A DNA stretch of 64,000 nucleotides from Planctomycetota bacterium (GCA_036479435.1 JAZGFI010000206.1:1-64000), one strand, 5' to 3'. Counted from the first letter of the stretch, positions 20,507 to 31,692 are shown. The notes: a model not told the origin generated them from the letters alone. Program-made: numbers and translations.

Positions 20507-20619
20507 GAATGCTCACCGTTTTTTGGGGGGGGTCCTCAGGGACCGAGCCAATCTCTAAAGTGAACCCAAGCACCTTGGACGGCAGCAGTTGCATATTTGA
20601 AGCTGTCGGGGCCGATAGG

Positions 20620-20652
20620 AAAAACCCTAGCCCCGGATAGAGGCTAGGGTTC
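20620..20652 (-). terminator. Intrinsic terminator for 20678-23173
   Basis: Stem aaccctagcc/ggctagggtt with A-tract on + strand. Confidence 0.7.
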
Positions 20653-20677
20653 ATGAAATCATCAGAGCAAGCGCCGT

Positions 20678-23173
20678 CTAGAGGCCAGGCAAGGTCCGGT
20701 AGATGACAGCGTTGGTAACCGAGAGGGTCTGCGGATCGCTATCATCACGGATCAAGCCTTGCAGCGTGAACTGGATGGGCCCGGGAATTCCCTCCGGTAA
20801 GATGAAGAACCATGGTGCCCCAGTCGCAGGCAACAGTGGCGCACAGCTAACCGAGCCGAGCAAATTATCTGCCAACACAAACAACCTCGGGTCGGTGGGG
20901 TTCGCCAAGCAGGGGAAGACCGCGAGCTGACCCAAGGCCGACAAGTCGAATTGGTCGCTCGGCAGTGGAATCCCGCCCTGGCCGACGATGATCCAGTCGG
21001 TAAAGCCCGCGTTGGCCGGAGGCGGTAGCATCGTGATGGTGAACACCGCGCCAAAGCCCGAATCGACACGGCGCAGCGGCCCACCGGTTGAGCTATTGAC
21101 CAAGAGCACATCGACGACGCTGCCAGCATTCTCGTTGACGTTGCCGCGCGCGGCGGCCTCGTCCAAGAGGCGGCATTCGAGAAGGCGGAAGTTGTCGAGG
21201 CCCGCTTCGACCACCGACGCTGCACTCGATGCCTCATCTTCGGCCGTAAATCTCAGTCGAACGACCGAGCTCAGTGAGACGTAGTCCAAGACTGCGATAC
21301 GCCGCGCATTCCACACGTCGGTTGACGTCGTAGTGGCCTCAACCAGAGTCCAAGTAACGCCGTTGTTGTTGCTGATCTCGATGGTGAAGGTGTCATCTTG
21401 AACGCCAAAGTCGTTGTCGTACCAAAAGTCGAAAGCGAACTGTGGATCATCGAGACCACGAAGGTCAAAGGCCGGCGACAAGAGTCGTGTCGCGCCATTG
21501 TCGACGTCAGTGTTGCCGTCAAAGTGGTCGGTGACCCAACATGAACCGCTGCCGTCAGAGTCCAAGGCCGGATCACCGCGGTCACCGCCACCGAGGGGAA
21601 GGGCTCGATCCCAAGCGCCGTCGGTAAGACTGGCGTCGTTCACCACTGTCCACCCATCGGACGTTTCAAAGTCGCTGGCGGCCAAAGCCACAACTCCCGC
21701 AATGGTCTCGAAAGTCCCGGCGATCGGAGCGTCCGCAGGCCCGGTGATCGTCGAAAGACCACTCACCGAGTTGATGGTGACATACCAGTTGATCGTGCTG
21801 AAACAGGCAACCGCCGGCAAAGTGGCGCGGTAATTGTCATTGCCAAGGTCCGTGAGCGGCGTCTGCGCAAAAGCGCCGCCGTCAACGGAAGCGAACAAGA
21901 ACGCCGTCGCGGGATCAGGCGATCCAGTAATGGGAGACACCGCAATATCGATCTCGGTGGGGAAGTTCGCGGGAACTTCGCTGGGGACACCGTTCGTGAA
22001 CGCGATCGAAAACTCCGGGACCGTGGCGACAATCGTGACACTGGTCGGGACGCCAGCTCCGGGTCGGAACAAGCCGAGGGTGATGTCGCCGGCGGGGAGG
22101 TCCGATTGGAAGCGGAAGTTGAAGAGGTTGGCCCAACGGATGGCGTTGGCATTGGTGTTCTGGGCCAAAGTCTCACTCGCCCAAGTCACCATGCCGCCGG
22201 CATGACTACCGACCCAATCGGTACCGATTTGGGTTTCGCCGCTGTGGTAAAAGACGTCATGGAAGTCAATGCTAGTCACGGTGGCGGAAGAACTAACCTG
22301 GATCGCAACCGATTGGATCGAGGCATGTGAATTCATGTTGTAGACGGCGTACTCGTACTCGGAAATACCGCCACCAAGGCTCGTCGATTTGTAAGCGACG
22401 ATGACCCGACCATCATTGGGAATGTCGATGATCTCGGTCGTAACGCTGGGGTCGTTAGTTTCCCAGGCGAAAATCGCCGACTGCTCGCGAACGGTCGCAC
22501 CGGTTAGCGAACCATTGAAACCGCTGCCTACTGAGCCAGCAAAGGCGATCGGTCGGTAGGAGGCGTTGTTGTTCTGGTTGCTGGCAAAAGCATCATCGGC
22601 CGTCACATAGTGGCCTTCAACAAAATACAGCGCACCCGCGACGATGTCGATTTCGGCGAACTGAAGTCGTTTGAAAATCGAGTTGCCTGTGCTGCCCGCA
22701 GGATTGCTGAAGGGATAGTTGAAGACACCCGTGGTCGCGTTGACTTCGAACTTCGGGCCTAGTCCACCTTGACTGCCATTCAATCCGGAGCCATAGGGGT
22801 CAGAGCACCCGGGATTCAAAACTGAACCCCCACTGCCGGTGCAGGTATCGCAAAGGTTTCCGCTAAGAGCCAAGAAACCGTGCTTCAGCCAGGACTGACC
22901 GATTTGCTCAAAGCGACCGTTGTCGAGCCGGTAGAGATTTTGGCCGATGACCGGGTGGGCTGGCGTATTTGAAATCCAGGACAAGTCCGTCGTGCCAATG
23001 TTGCACGAGGTAGTGCCGACTGAAATCGCGTCGATGCCTCCGACGCTTGCATAGTTCGAAATGTTGGGCAGGTCCCCAACGATGACGTCGGGATTGACTT
23101 GAGCCGAGGCGGCGGAAACAAACACGCAGCAGACCACTATCATGGCCAAGCCAACGAGGCGACTGAATTTCAT
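20678..23173 (-). CDS. Secreted protein, paralogue 4 (tandem duplicate of 17932-20415)
   Basis: Full-length co-linear with paralogue 3, identical end LSVTNAVIYRTLPGL. Confidence 0.85.
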   Translation of the reverse strand: MKFSRLVGLAMIVVCCVFVSAASAQVNPDVIVGDLPNISNYASVGGIDAISVGTTSCNIGTTDLSWISNTPAHPVIGQNLYRLDNGRFEQIGQSWLKHGFLALSGNLCDTCTGSGGSVLNPGCSDPYGSGLNGSQGGLGPKFEVNATTGVFNYPFSNPAGSTGNSIFKRLQFAEIDIVAGALYFVEGHYVTADDAFASNQNNNASYRPIAFAGSVGSGFNGSLTGATVREQSAIFAWETNDPSVTTEIIDIPNDGRVIVAYKSTSLGGGISEYEYAVYNMNSHASIQSVAIQVSSSATVTSIDFHDVFYHSGETQIGTDWVGSHAGGMVTWASETLAQNTNANAIRWANLFNFRFQSDLPAGDITLGLFRPGAGVPTSVTIVATVPEFSIAFTNGVPSEVPANFPTEIDIAVSPITGSPDPATAFLFASVDGGAFAQTPLTDLGNDNYRATLPAVACFSTINWYVTINSVSGLSTITGPADAPIAGTFETIAGVVALAASDFETSDGWTVVNDASLTDGAWDRALPLGGGDRGDPALDSDGSGSCWVTDHFDGNTDVDNGATRLLSPAFDLRGLDDPQFAFDFWYDNDFGVQDDTFTIEISNNNGVTWTLVEATTTSTDVWNARRIAVLDYVSLSSVVRLRFTAEDEASSAASVVEAGLDNFRLLECRLLDEAAARGNVNENAGSVVDVLLVNSSTGGPLRRVDSGFGAVFTITMLPPPANAGFTDWIIVGQGGIPLPSDQFDLSALGQLAVFPCLANPTDPRLFVLADNLLGSVSCAPLLPATGAPWFFILPEGIPGPIQFTLQGLIRDDSDPQTLSVTNAVIYRTLPGL

Positions 23174-23227
23174 TTTTGGGTTCCTCTAATACAGACCGAA
23201 CGGGCGGCACCTATCTTCAGACTGAAG

Positions 23228-23265
23228 AGCCTACACCGAACCGGCTGGCAACTGAATCGAGAAGA
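23228..23265 (-). promoter_or_regulatory. Conserved upstream motif of paralogue 4 (candidate promoter)
   Basis: 30/38 identical to 20469-20506; ends in TAGGCT. Confidence 0.5.
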
Positions 23266-23456
23266 TGGCGAGGAAGCCGCCCAAAGGGCCTTTTGAGGAG
23301 GTCACGCGGGCCATGAAACGAGCGCCTGCGCTCAAATCTGCGGCAAATGCGAACACTCGGCAGCGATAGCGATCATTCACCGGCAATACCGGCACTCTCC
23401 GCAGGACCTGCAGATCCGCGCCCCGGCAGAATTTATTTCAATTTCCAGAAAATCAG

Positions 23457-24440
23457 CTAGGGCAGAAGGATACGGCCATAAAAGTCGACGTTAAGCACCA
23501 CCCCGCCCGGCTCCTCAACGGTGATATGAAGGCGACCGCGAAGTTCGCGCTGATCGGCCGCGGGATTCACCGTGACTTTGACTTCATAAATCTTGCCTTC
23601 TTCGATCACGATGATTTCGGTCGAGATCATCTTGTCGCTGCAGTTCGTCTCGACCACTTCGAGCCCGGTGCCCTGCTCTTTCTCCAAGCGAACGGTAAGC
23701 GTCTTTTTCTTGCCGGGAATGAGCACGCCAAAATTCAGCTTCTTGGGACTCATCTTGGTCGACGAGAGGATCGTCCCCACCGCCCGCATCGCCCGCTGCG
23801 GGATCACCTTGTCATCGGTTTGAACCGCAATGAGATCCTCGAAGTATCCCGTTTGGATTTTGTCACTCAGAGTCACCGTGACATCCCAACCGTAGCTGCC
23901 GTCTTCGTTCTTAAAGCGCTTCGGCTCGGTCAGCAGAAAACCGCTGTTGGTGAGGATATTGAGCAGCTTGATCTTGTAGCCCTTGCGCACGGTCACCTTG
24001 AAGGAAGTCTTGAACGGGGCCCCGTTCTTCACCTCACCAAGGTTGATGATGTGAGTCGAAATATTCCAGATCGTCTGAATGGTGCCGGTCATCGGCATCT
24101 TCAACTTCGAACCCTTCGGATCATTGCTGTGCAAGATGACGAATTTTTTGATCTCGCCTTCGCCGCGGCGGGTGTCAAGCTTCAACGTCAAGTCCGCCGA
24201 CTCTCCGACGGCGATGACCTTAATGGGCATGTCCACCGAGATACACCCGCAGGTGACTTCGACTTTCTTGATGACCAGGGTTTCTTGGCCGGTGTTGGAG
24301 ATCGTGATGACTTTTTGGTCGAACTCACCTTGAATTCTCTCACCGAAATCCCATCCGGATTCCGAGAGTTCAAGGACCGGGTTCTGGGCGGCGGCGGTCG
24401 CACAAAGAGTCAACAACAGCAAAGCGGGCAAGATGCGCAT
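23457..24440 (-). CDS. DUF1573 (Ig-like) domain secreted protein
   Basis: Signal peptide; WDFG...ISNTG.ETLVI..V.VTCGC...HSNDP; three Ig-like repeats. Confidence 0.8.
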   Translation of the reverse strand: MRILPALLLLTLCATAAAQNPVLELSESGWDFGERIQGEFDQKVITISNTGQETLVIKKVEVTCGCISVDMPIKVIAVGESADLTLKLDTRRGEGEIKKFVILHSNDPKGSKLKMPMTGTIQTIWNISTHIINLGEVKNGAPFKTSFKVTVRKGYKIKLLNILTNSGFLLTEPKRFKNEDGSYGWDVTVTLSDKIQTGYFEDLIAVQTDDKVIPQRAMRAVGTILSSTKMSPKKLNFGVLIPGKKKTLTVRLEKEQGTGLEVVETNCSDKMISTEIIVIEEGKIYEVKVTVNPAADQRELRGRLHITVEEPGGVVLNVDFYGRILLP

Positions 24441-24579
24441 CGGCGGATCCTTCTAAACGAGATGACAAGCAGGATACGTTCCTCGGCACCACCAAGCCAA
24501 GAATTCCCCAAGCTGGGTTCACTTTAGGGAGAGATTCTTAGGTATCGCTCATGAGAGCCCTCTGATAGGCTCCGGCTCT

Positions 24580-26334
24580 GTGGTGATTTGCATGAAAACC
24601 CCTAGGCATCGCTCTTCAGATTCGCATCCCAGATTCCCGCGGTACCCCCGCCGAGAGGCTTTCCTTAACAACCTGCTGCTGGCTTGGCTCACCGTCTCGC
24701 TTCAAGCCTGCGGGAGCGACAACCCATCCGCAGGCCCAACGACTGCGAATGAATCTCACCCGATGGCGATTTTTTTCGACATCACCGAGGCCGCGAAGCT
24801 CGATCACCTTCACCAGCTAACTCTGGGCGAAAAGCTCCTCCTGCCCGAGATCATGGGCTCGGGGCTCGCCGTTTTTGATGCCGACCAAGACGGCGATCTC
24901 GATCTGTACTTTCTAAACGCCGGTCGCCACCGCGACGACGGCGCTGCCAATCAACTGTTCTTGCGCGACAAAAACGGCCACTACGAAGAGGCCCCCGGGG
25001 CCCGAGGGCTAGATGATCTCGGCTACGGCACCGGCGTGGCGATCGGCGACGTCGACAACGACGGCGACCTCGACGTCTACGTCGGTAACTGGGGTCCGGA
25101 TCGTCTTTATCTCAACGACGGCCACGGGAATTTCAAGGACTCCGGCCAGACCTTCGCCGCGGAATGGACGACCTCCGTCGCCATGTTCGACGCCGACCTC
25201 GACGGATGGCTCGACATCTACGCGGTGCACTACGTTCACCTCGATGAGCGCAAAGAATGCACGCTGGCGAATGGCCGCACAGACTACTGTAGCCCCAAAG
25301 TATTCAATGGCATCCCCGACGCTTTTTACCGCAACCAGGGCGAAGGCAAATTCAAAGACGCCACCGTCGCGGCCGGCATCGGCGCGGCGGCGCTGAACGG
25401 CCTGGGAATAAAGGTCATGGATGTCAACCACGATAACTACCCCGACATTTTCGTCACCAACGATGGCGAAGCCAACTTGTTGTGGTTGAACGAAGGCGGC
25501 CGAAAGTTCCGTGACGCGGGCTACCGCTTTGGTGTCGCAGTTAACGGCCAAGGCTCTTATGAGGCCAGCATGGGCATCGCTTGGGGAGACGTCGATCAAG
25601 ACGGCGACTTCGACTTGTTGTGTACTCATCTGACGAACGAAAGCCACACGCTTTACCTTCGCGAGCAAGCCGGTTTTGAAGACGCAACGGGTGCTTTCGG
25701 TTTGCACGTCCCGACCTTAGCGGACACCGGTTTTGGCACATCGTTCCTCGATGCCGACGGCGACGGCGATCTTGATTTGGTGGTCGCCAATGGCCGCGTG
25801 GGCTGGGCGGAGCCGCACCCCGGGACGGACCCCAAAGACGAATGGCGCGGCTACCCCGAACCCAACCGCTTGTTTTTGAACGACGGCAAGGGCCGCTTCG
25901 CGGTCAGCCCGGTGAGGGGCGGTGATTTCGTCAAGGGCCTCGCCGTTTCCCGGTCCCTGGCCGCAGTGGATTTGGACGCGGACGGCGACTGCGACCTTGT
26001 TATCGGCAACTCGCGATCCACGACTCGCATCTACGACAATCAGGGTTTTCGAGGCCATTGGCTGGCCTTAGATTTGTATCTTGGCGAAGAAAAACGGCGA
26101 GCGCTCGGCGCCTTGGTCACCGCGCGCAGCAAAAGCCGCACCTTCATTGCCGATACTAGCCAAGGTGGGAGCTACCAGACCGCGGTGGACGCGCCCCTGC
26201 TGATGTCGCTAGGGTCGGAAACGAGCTTAGAGGCATTGCAGATCCGTTGGCCAAACGGCGAAACCGAGTCATTCGAAATTGGCGCGGTCGACCAGCTCTA
26301 CCGAATCGTCAAAGGCGAGGGGATTTCCAAGTGA
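24580..26334 (+). CDS. CRTAC1-family FG-GAP repeat protein with ASPIC/UnbV domain
   Basis: Repeated DxDxDGDLD motifs; GGSYQ...LG...IRWPNG C-terminus; possible lipobox LQAC; true start uncertain. Confidence 0.85.
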   Translation: MVICMKTPRHRSSDSHPRFPRYPRREAFLNNLLLAWLTVSLQACGSDNPSAGPTTANESHPMAIFFDITEAAKLDHLHQLTLGEKLLLPEIMGSGLAVFDADQDGDLDLYFLNAGRHRDDGAANQLFLRDKNGHYEEAPGARGLDDLGYGTGVAIGDVDNDGDLDVYVGNWGPDRLYLNDGHGNFKDSGQTFAAEWTTSVAMFDADLDGWLDIYAVHYVHLDERKECTLANGRTDYCSPKVFNGIPDAFYRNQGEGKFKDATVAAGIGAAALNGLGIKVMDVNHDNYPDIFVTNDGEANLLWLNEGGRKFRDAGYRFGVAVNGQGSYEASMGIAWGDVDQDGDFDLLCTHLTNESHTLYLREQAGFEDATGAFGLHVPTLADTGFGTSFLDADGDGDLDLVVANGRVGWAEPHPGTDPKDEWRGYPEPNRLFLNDGKGRFAVSPVRGGDFVKGLAVSRSLAAVDLDADGDCDLVIGNSRSTTRIYDNQGFRGHWLALDLYLGEEKRRALGALVTARSKSRTFIADTSQGGSYQTAVDAPLLMSLGSETSLEALQIRWPNGETESFEIGAVDQLYRIVKGEGISK

Positions 26335-27650
26335 ACCGGTGTTGCCATCGCCATGTGACAACGACAACCTGCGGGCGACCTTTCGCGGTCTTGCTGGTCT
26401 TGGCTTTAGCCTTGACGGGGCTCTTTTCTGCCTGCCGCAACGAGAACCCGCCAGCCCTCCCTGAGCTTGCGTTACCAGACCTGTCGAACGCCGAAGCGGG
26501 CGTGACCGCAGCGCTAAAGGAACAACACGCCGAGCTAAGTCGGGGTGACGCGAGCGCCTATCGCCGATACGCCCGCACCTTGCAAGTACACGACTATCTC
26601 GACGAGGCGGTCGCCGCTTACGAAGTCGCGGCCGAGCGATCCGAGGATTCCTTTGAGGACCTCTACTTGGCGGGCACTTGTCTGCATGCAAAAAACCCCG
26701 TTCGCGCGCTTGGGTTCTTTGCTCGAGCGCGCAACGAGCGCAAGAACTACTTGCCACTCCACCTCGCCTGCGGGAAGCTCGCGCAAGACCTTGGCGATTC
26801 GGCGGCGGCAAGAACTAACTTTGATCGCGCCCTCAAACTAAAGCGGACGTCCGCGGCCCTCCTCGGTCGCGCGGGCATCCACTTGGCAGAAAACGAGATC
26901 CCGCAGGCCCTAGATCTGGCCCGCGAGGCGCAACAGATCAGCGCCAGGGACCGCGACCTTTGGGCCTTGTTTGCACGCGCTTACACTAAGAGCGGGGACC
27001 TCATCAGATCCCGTAAGGCGCAGGCCATCGCGAAGTCGCTCAGCATGTCGACCGGTATCGCTGATGCCATCCAAGTCGAGATTTACCAAGAAGCCAAAAG
27101 CTACCTCGCTCTCGCCCGCTACGCCGGCTTGTTGCTGAATGCCGATCGCCTTGTTGAAGGCCAAAACGCCATTGAGGACGCCCTTCAGATTCGGCCGGAG
27201 GAGCCCACCGGGCTCCACATCCTGATCCGGATCATGGGTCGCCGTGGGCAATACCACAGCGCCTACGACATGGCCGAGAAGCTCCTAAACAAAGACGCCG
27301 ACGATCACGAAGCCGCGTTTTTAAAGGCCGTGATGCTGGTCGACCTCGCTCGCCCCGCCGAGGCCTTGGGCGTCGTAGAAAAGATCGCAGCGACCAAGCC
27401 AGACCACATTGAATCGCGACTGTTAATGGGCGCGATTTTGGGGAAAGCGCGCCCAAAACTCGCCAAGGCTCACCTGCGGTTCGTGATCGACAAAGATCCG
27501 ACGAAACCCGAGCCATACCTTTATCTCGCCCAGATTCTCCATCGCGAAGGCCGGAAAGATCGCGCCATCGCCTTGCTTGAAAAATTCGTCGAGCTCGCCC
27601 CTGGCGACCAGCACGTCAAAAGACTTCTCGGCCAACTGCGAAGGCTCTAG
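26331..27650 (+). CDS. Tetratricopeptide-repeat (lipo)protein
   Basis: Lipobox-like FSAC; TPR helical repeats; GTG 26331 overlaps the upstream TGA. Confidence 0.75.
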   Translation: MNRCCHRHVTTTTCGRPFAVLLVLALALTGLFSACRNENPPALPELALPDLSNAEAGVTAALKEQHAELSRGDASAYRRYARTLQVHDYLDEAVAAYEVAAERSEDSFEDLYLAGTCLHAKNPVRALGFFARARNERKNYLPLHLACGKLAQDLGDSAAARTNFDRALKLKRTSAALLGRAGIHLAENEIPQALDLAREAQQISARDRDLWALFARAYTKSGDLIRSRKAQAIAKSLSMSTGIADAIQVEIYQEAKSYLALARYAGLLLNADRLVEGQNAIEDALQIRPEEPTGLHILIRIMGRRGQYHSAYDMAEKLLNKDADDHEAAFLKAVMLVDLARPAEALGVVEKIAATKPDHIESRLLMGAILGKARPKLAKAHLRFVIDKDPTKPEPYLYLAQILHREGRKDRAIALLEKFVELAPGDQHVKRLLGQLRRL

Positions 27651-28371
27651 CCACGATCTGGCGAACCACGAGAGCGGGATCGACCGCACTGGTGTCGACG
27701 GCGAAATCCGCTTCGGCGTAGTGCTTTTTTCGTGCGGCAAGGATCGACCTCAGCTCTTCTTGCGCTTTGGGATTGGCCTGCATCGGCCGCGTATCTCCTT
27801 GCTCGACAACCCGCCGCCAATGTTCTTCGGGCGTGGTGTGCAACCACACGACAAAACAAGTTTCCAACAGGCGTCGCCAGGAATTTTGGTGCGTGACGAT
27901 CGACCCTCCCGTCGCCAAGACGCTGGCACCTGAGCGCTCGAGGTGATCTTCGAGAGCTTCGGCCTCGAGCTGGCGGTAGTAGGGCTCTCCATGCAAGGCA
28001 AAGATCTCCGCCAAGTCCAGCCCGCTGCGGTCTTCGATGCGCCGATCGAGTTCGACGAAGGGGCACTCGAGCTCGAGCGCCAGCAGTCGGCCCACCGTGG
28101 TCTTGCCCGCGCCGCGCAGACCGACAAGAGCCACCCGGCGGTGAGGTGACGACAGCTCCAGATCGCAAAGGACACCGAGCGGTTGCCGGAGCGCTCGCGC
28201 CACGCGGGCGAGTTTCAGGATCGAGATGTTGGCGCGGCCCGCTTCGAGTTCGGTCAGGTATCGGCGCGACAGTTTCGCGCGCGAGGCCAAATCGCCGACG
28301 GTTCGATCGCCCGACTCCCGCGCCCGGCGGATGCGCCGACCCAATTCGGCCAAAATGCTGTCTTCGTTCAC
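27616..28371 (-). CDS. boxR: BoxR/BzdR-type regulator (XRE HTH + shikimate-kinase-like domain)
   Basis: LSRRYLTELEAGRANISI HTH; GLRGAGKTT P-loop; ATGGSIV; divergent from boxC. Confidence 0.85.
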   Translation of the reverse strand: MNEDSILAELGRRIRRARESGDRTVGDLASRAKLSRRYLTELEAGRANISILKLARVARALRQPLGVLCDLELSSPHRRVALVGLRGAGKTTVGRLLALELECPFVELDRRIEDRSGLDLAEIFALHGEPYYRQLEAEALEDHLERSGASVLATGGSIVTHQNSWRRLLETCFVVWLHTTPEEHWRRVVEQGDTRPMQANPKAQEELRSILAARKKHYAEADFAVDTSAVDPALVVRQIVARAFAVGREVF

Positions 28372-28430
28372 GGCAAGCTCTCCCGCCTCTAATGGCCAGG
28401 TAGGGAGGCACTCCGATGCCCACCGCAATG

Positions 28431-28482
28431 AGCACTATAGTTCCCTGTCGGCATTGAATCCAGCACAATGTTTCCCTATCCT
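28431..28482 (+). promoter_or_regulatory. boxC promoter (TTGAAT-17-TATCCT) with two 16-bp direct repeats (candidate BoxR operator)
   Basis: agcactatagttccct (28431-28446) and agcacaatgtttccct (28462-28477); -35 at 28454, -10 at 28477. Confidence 0.55.
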
Positions 28483-28527
28483 ATCGGCGTTCATGAACAG
28501 ACCTTTTCGAATCACTGGAGAACTGCC

Positions 28528-30186
28528 TTGGCCGAATCCGCCAGCATGGCCCCCGTCGACTTTCGGACCCACCCCTCCCGCTACTGCCACTGGGACCTCG
28601 AAATCTCGGCTGATCGCGCCACTCTCACCATGAAGGTGGATGAAGAGCAGCCCCTCAACGAAGGCTACGTTCTTAAGCTCAACTCTTACGACTTGGGGGT
28701 CGACATCGAACTTGCCGATGCCTACCAACGGCTTCGCTGGGAACATCCCGAAGTCAAAGTGGTGACCATCGTCGGCGGCCTCGACCGCATTTTTTGTTCG
28801 GGCGCGAACATTATGATGCTCCGCAGCTCAACCCACGCCTTCAAAGTGAACTTTTGCAAATTCACCAACGAGACGCGGCTCTACATCGAAGAAGCCAGCG
28901 AATCCAGCCATCTAAAGACCTTGGTTGCACTGAATGGCACCGCCTCGGGTGGTGGTTACGAGTTAGCCCTCGCCGCCGACCGCATCTTGCTGGTCGATGA
29001 CCGCTCGAGCACGGTGGCGTTTCCCGAAACGCCGTTGCTGGCAGTCTTGCCCGGCACCGGGGGGCTCACGCGCCTCGTCGACAAGCGCTTCGTGCGCCGC
29101 GACCGCGCCGACTACTTTTCAACCCTGGCCGAAGGCATCAAAGGCAAGCGCGCTGTCGAATGGAACCTCGTCGACGACCTCGCTCCCCTTTCGAAGTTCA
29201 CCGACGAAACGCTGCGGATTGGAGACGAACTCGCGGCGACGATCAGTGACAAGTCCGGCCGCCAAGGCATCGAGCTAAAAGCCGTCGAAAGCAGCTCCAC
29301 CGAAACCGGGTTCAAGTACGAGTACGTCGAAGTCGCTTTCAGCCACGAAGGCAGAGTGGCCGAACTTTGCCTGCGCGTTCCCGAAAACCCCAAGCAACCC
29401 AAGAGTGCCGCGGAAGCCCGCGATCTCGGTTGTGAATGGTGGATTCTGAAGATGTTCCGCGAGCTCGACGACGCGCTCTTACAGCTTCGCATCAACTACC
29501 TCGATATCGGCTTGATCTTGCTGAGGACGCAAGGGTCCATTGAGACCGTCCTCGCCGCCGATGCCAGCTTGGATGAATTCGCCGACGACTGGTTCGTCAA
29601 CGAAGTGCGCCAGCAACTGAAACGCGTTCTCAAACGCTACGACATGATGGCCAAGAGCCTCTTCGCCCTGGCCGAAGAGGGCTCGGCCTTCGCAGGTACC
29701 TTGCTCGAACTCGCACTGGCGAGCGACCGCTTCTACGTCTTGACCGACCCGGACTTTCCGGTCGCCATGGCCTTTGGGCCGATGAACCGCGGCGCCTACC
29801 CGATGGGCAACGGGCTTACCCGACTCGAAAGCCGATTCCTCGGCGAGCCGGAATGCGTAGGACAGGCCTTGGAAGTCGAAGGCGTCTTCGACGCGAGTCG
29901 CGCCGATGAGCTGGGACTATCAACGATCGCCCCCGATGAGATTGACTGGGAGGACGAGCTGCGCGTGGCCATCGAAGAACGCGTGAGCTTCTCGCCCGAC
30001 GCCCTCACCGGTATGGAAGCCAACCTTCGTTTCGCTGGCCCTGAAACGATGGAGACCAAGATCTTTGGCCGCTTGACCGCCTGGCAGAACTGGATCTTCC
30101 AACGTCCTAACGCCGTCGGCGAAAAGGGTGCGTTGACCTGCTACGGCTCGCCCGTCCAACCTGAATTTGATTACAAGAGGACCTGA
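28528..30186 (+). CDS. boxC: 2,3-epoxybenzoyl-CoA dihydrolase
   Basis: VDFRTHPSRY.HW, LKLNSYDLGVDIELADA, FCSGANI, PDALTGMEANLRF.GPETMETKIFGRLTAWQNWIF; GGAG RBS before TTG 28528. Confidence 0.92.
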   Translation: MAESASMAPVDFRTHPSRYCHWDLEISADRATLTMKVDEEQPLNEGYVLKLNSYDLGVDIELADAYQRLRWEHPEVKVVTIVGGLDRIFCSGANIMMLRSSTHAFKVNFCKFTNETRLYIEEASESSHLKTLVALNGTASGGGYELALAADRILLVDDRSSTVAFPETPLLAVLPGTGGLTRLVDKRFVRRDRADYFSTLAEGIKGKRAVEWNLVDDLAPLSKFTDETLRIGDELAATISDKSGRQGIELKAVESSSTETGFKYEYVEVAFSHEGRVAELCLRVPENPKQPKSAAEARDLGCEWWILKMFRELDDALLQLRINYLDIGLILLRTQGSIETVLAADASLDEFADDWFVNEVRQQLKRVLKRYDMMAKSLFALAEEGSAFAGTLLELALASDRFYVLTDPDFPVAMAFGPMNRGAYPMGNGLTRLESRFLGEPECVGQALEVEGVFDASRADELGLSTIAPDEIDWEDELRVAIEERVSFSPDALTGMEANLRFAGPETMETKIFGRLTAWQNWIFQRPNAVGEKGALTCYGSPVQPEFDYKRT

Positions 30187-30189
30187 ACC

Positions 30190-31605
<1,416 letters not shown>

Positions 31606-31631
31606 GATTTAGACCGTTCTCAAGGTCCTTT

Positions 31632-31692
31632 AAAGCGCCGGTGGGGCCTTCTCGACAAGACTTCGAGAATATCCGCCAGCGCTTTCTTTTTT
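31632..31692 (+). terminator. Probable terminator after boxB
   Basis: Long imperfect hairpin (aaagcgc...ttctcga/tcgagaa...gcgcttt) plus T-tract. Confidence 0.55.

Noticed and set aside
23526..24527. 333-aa + strand ORF
   Set aside because: Antisense shadow of the DUF1573 gene; typical of GC-rich DNA
27616..27650. 35-nt convergent overlap of TPR gene and boxR
   Set aside because: Short tail-to-tail overlaps are common
24580..27650. CRTAC1/ASPIC-UnbV + TPR pair as a novel system
   Set aside because: Common pairing in planctomycetes and acidobacteria; nothing distinctive here
27647..28468. 273-aa - strand ORF
   Set aside because: Alternative frame of boxR with low-complexity Arg/Ala/Pro composition
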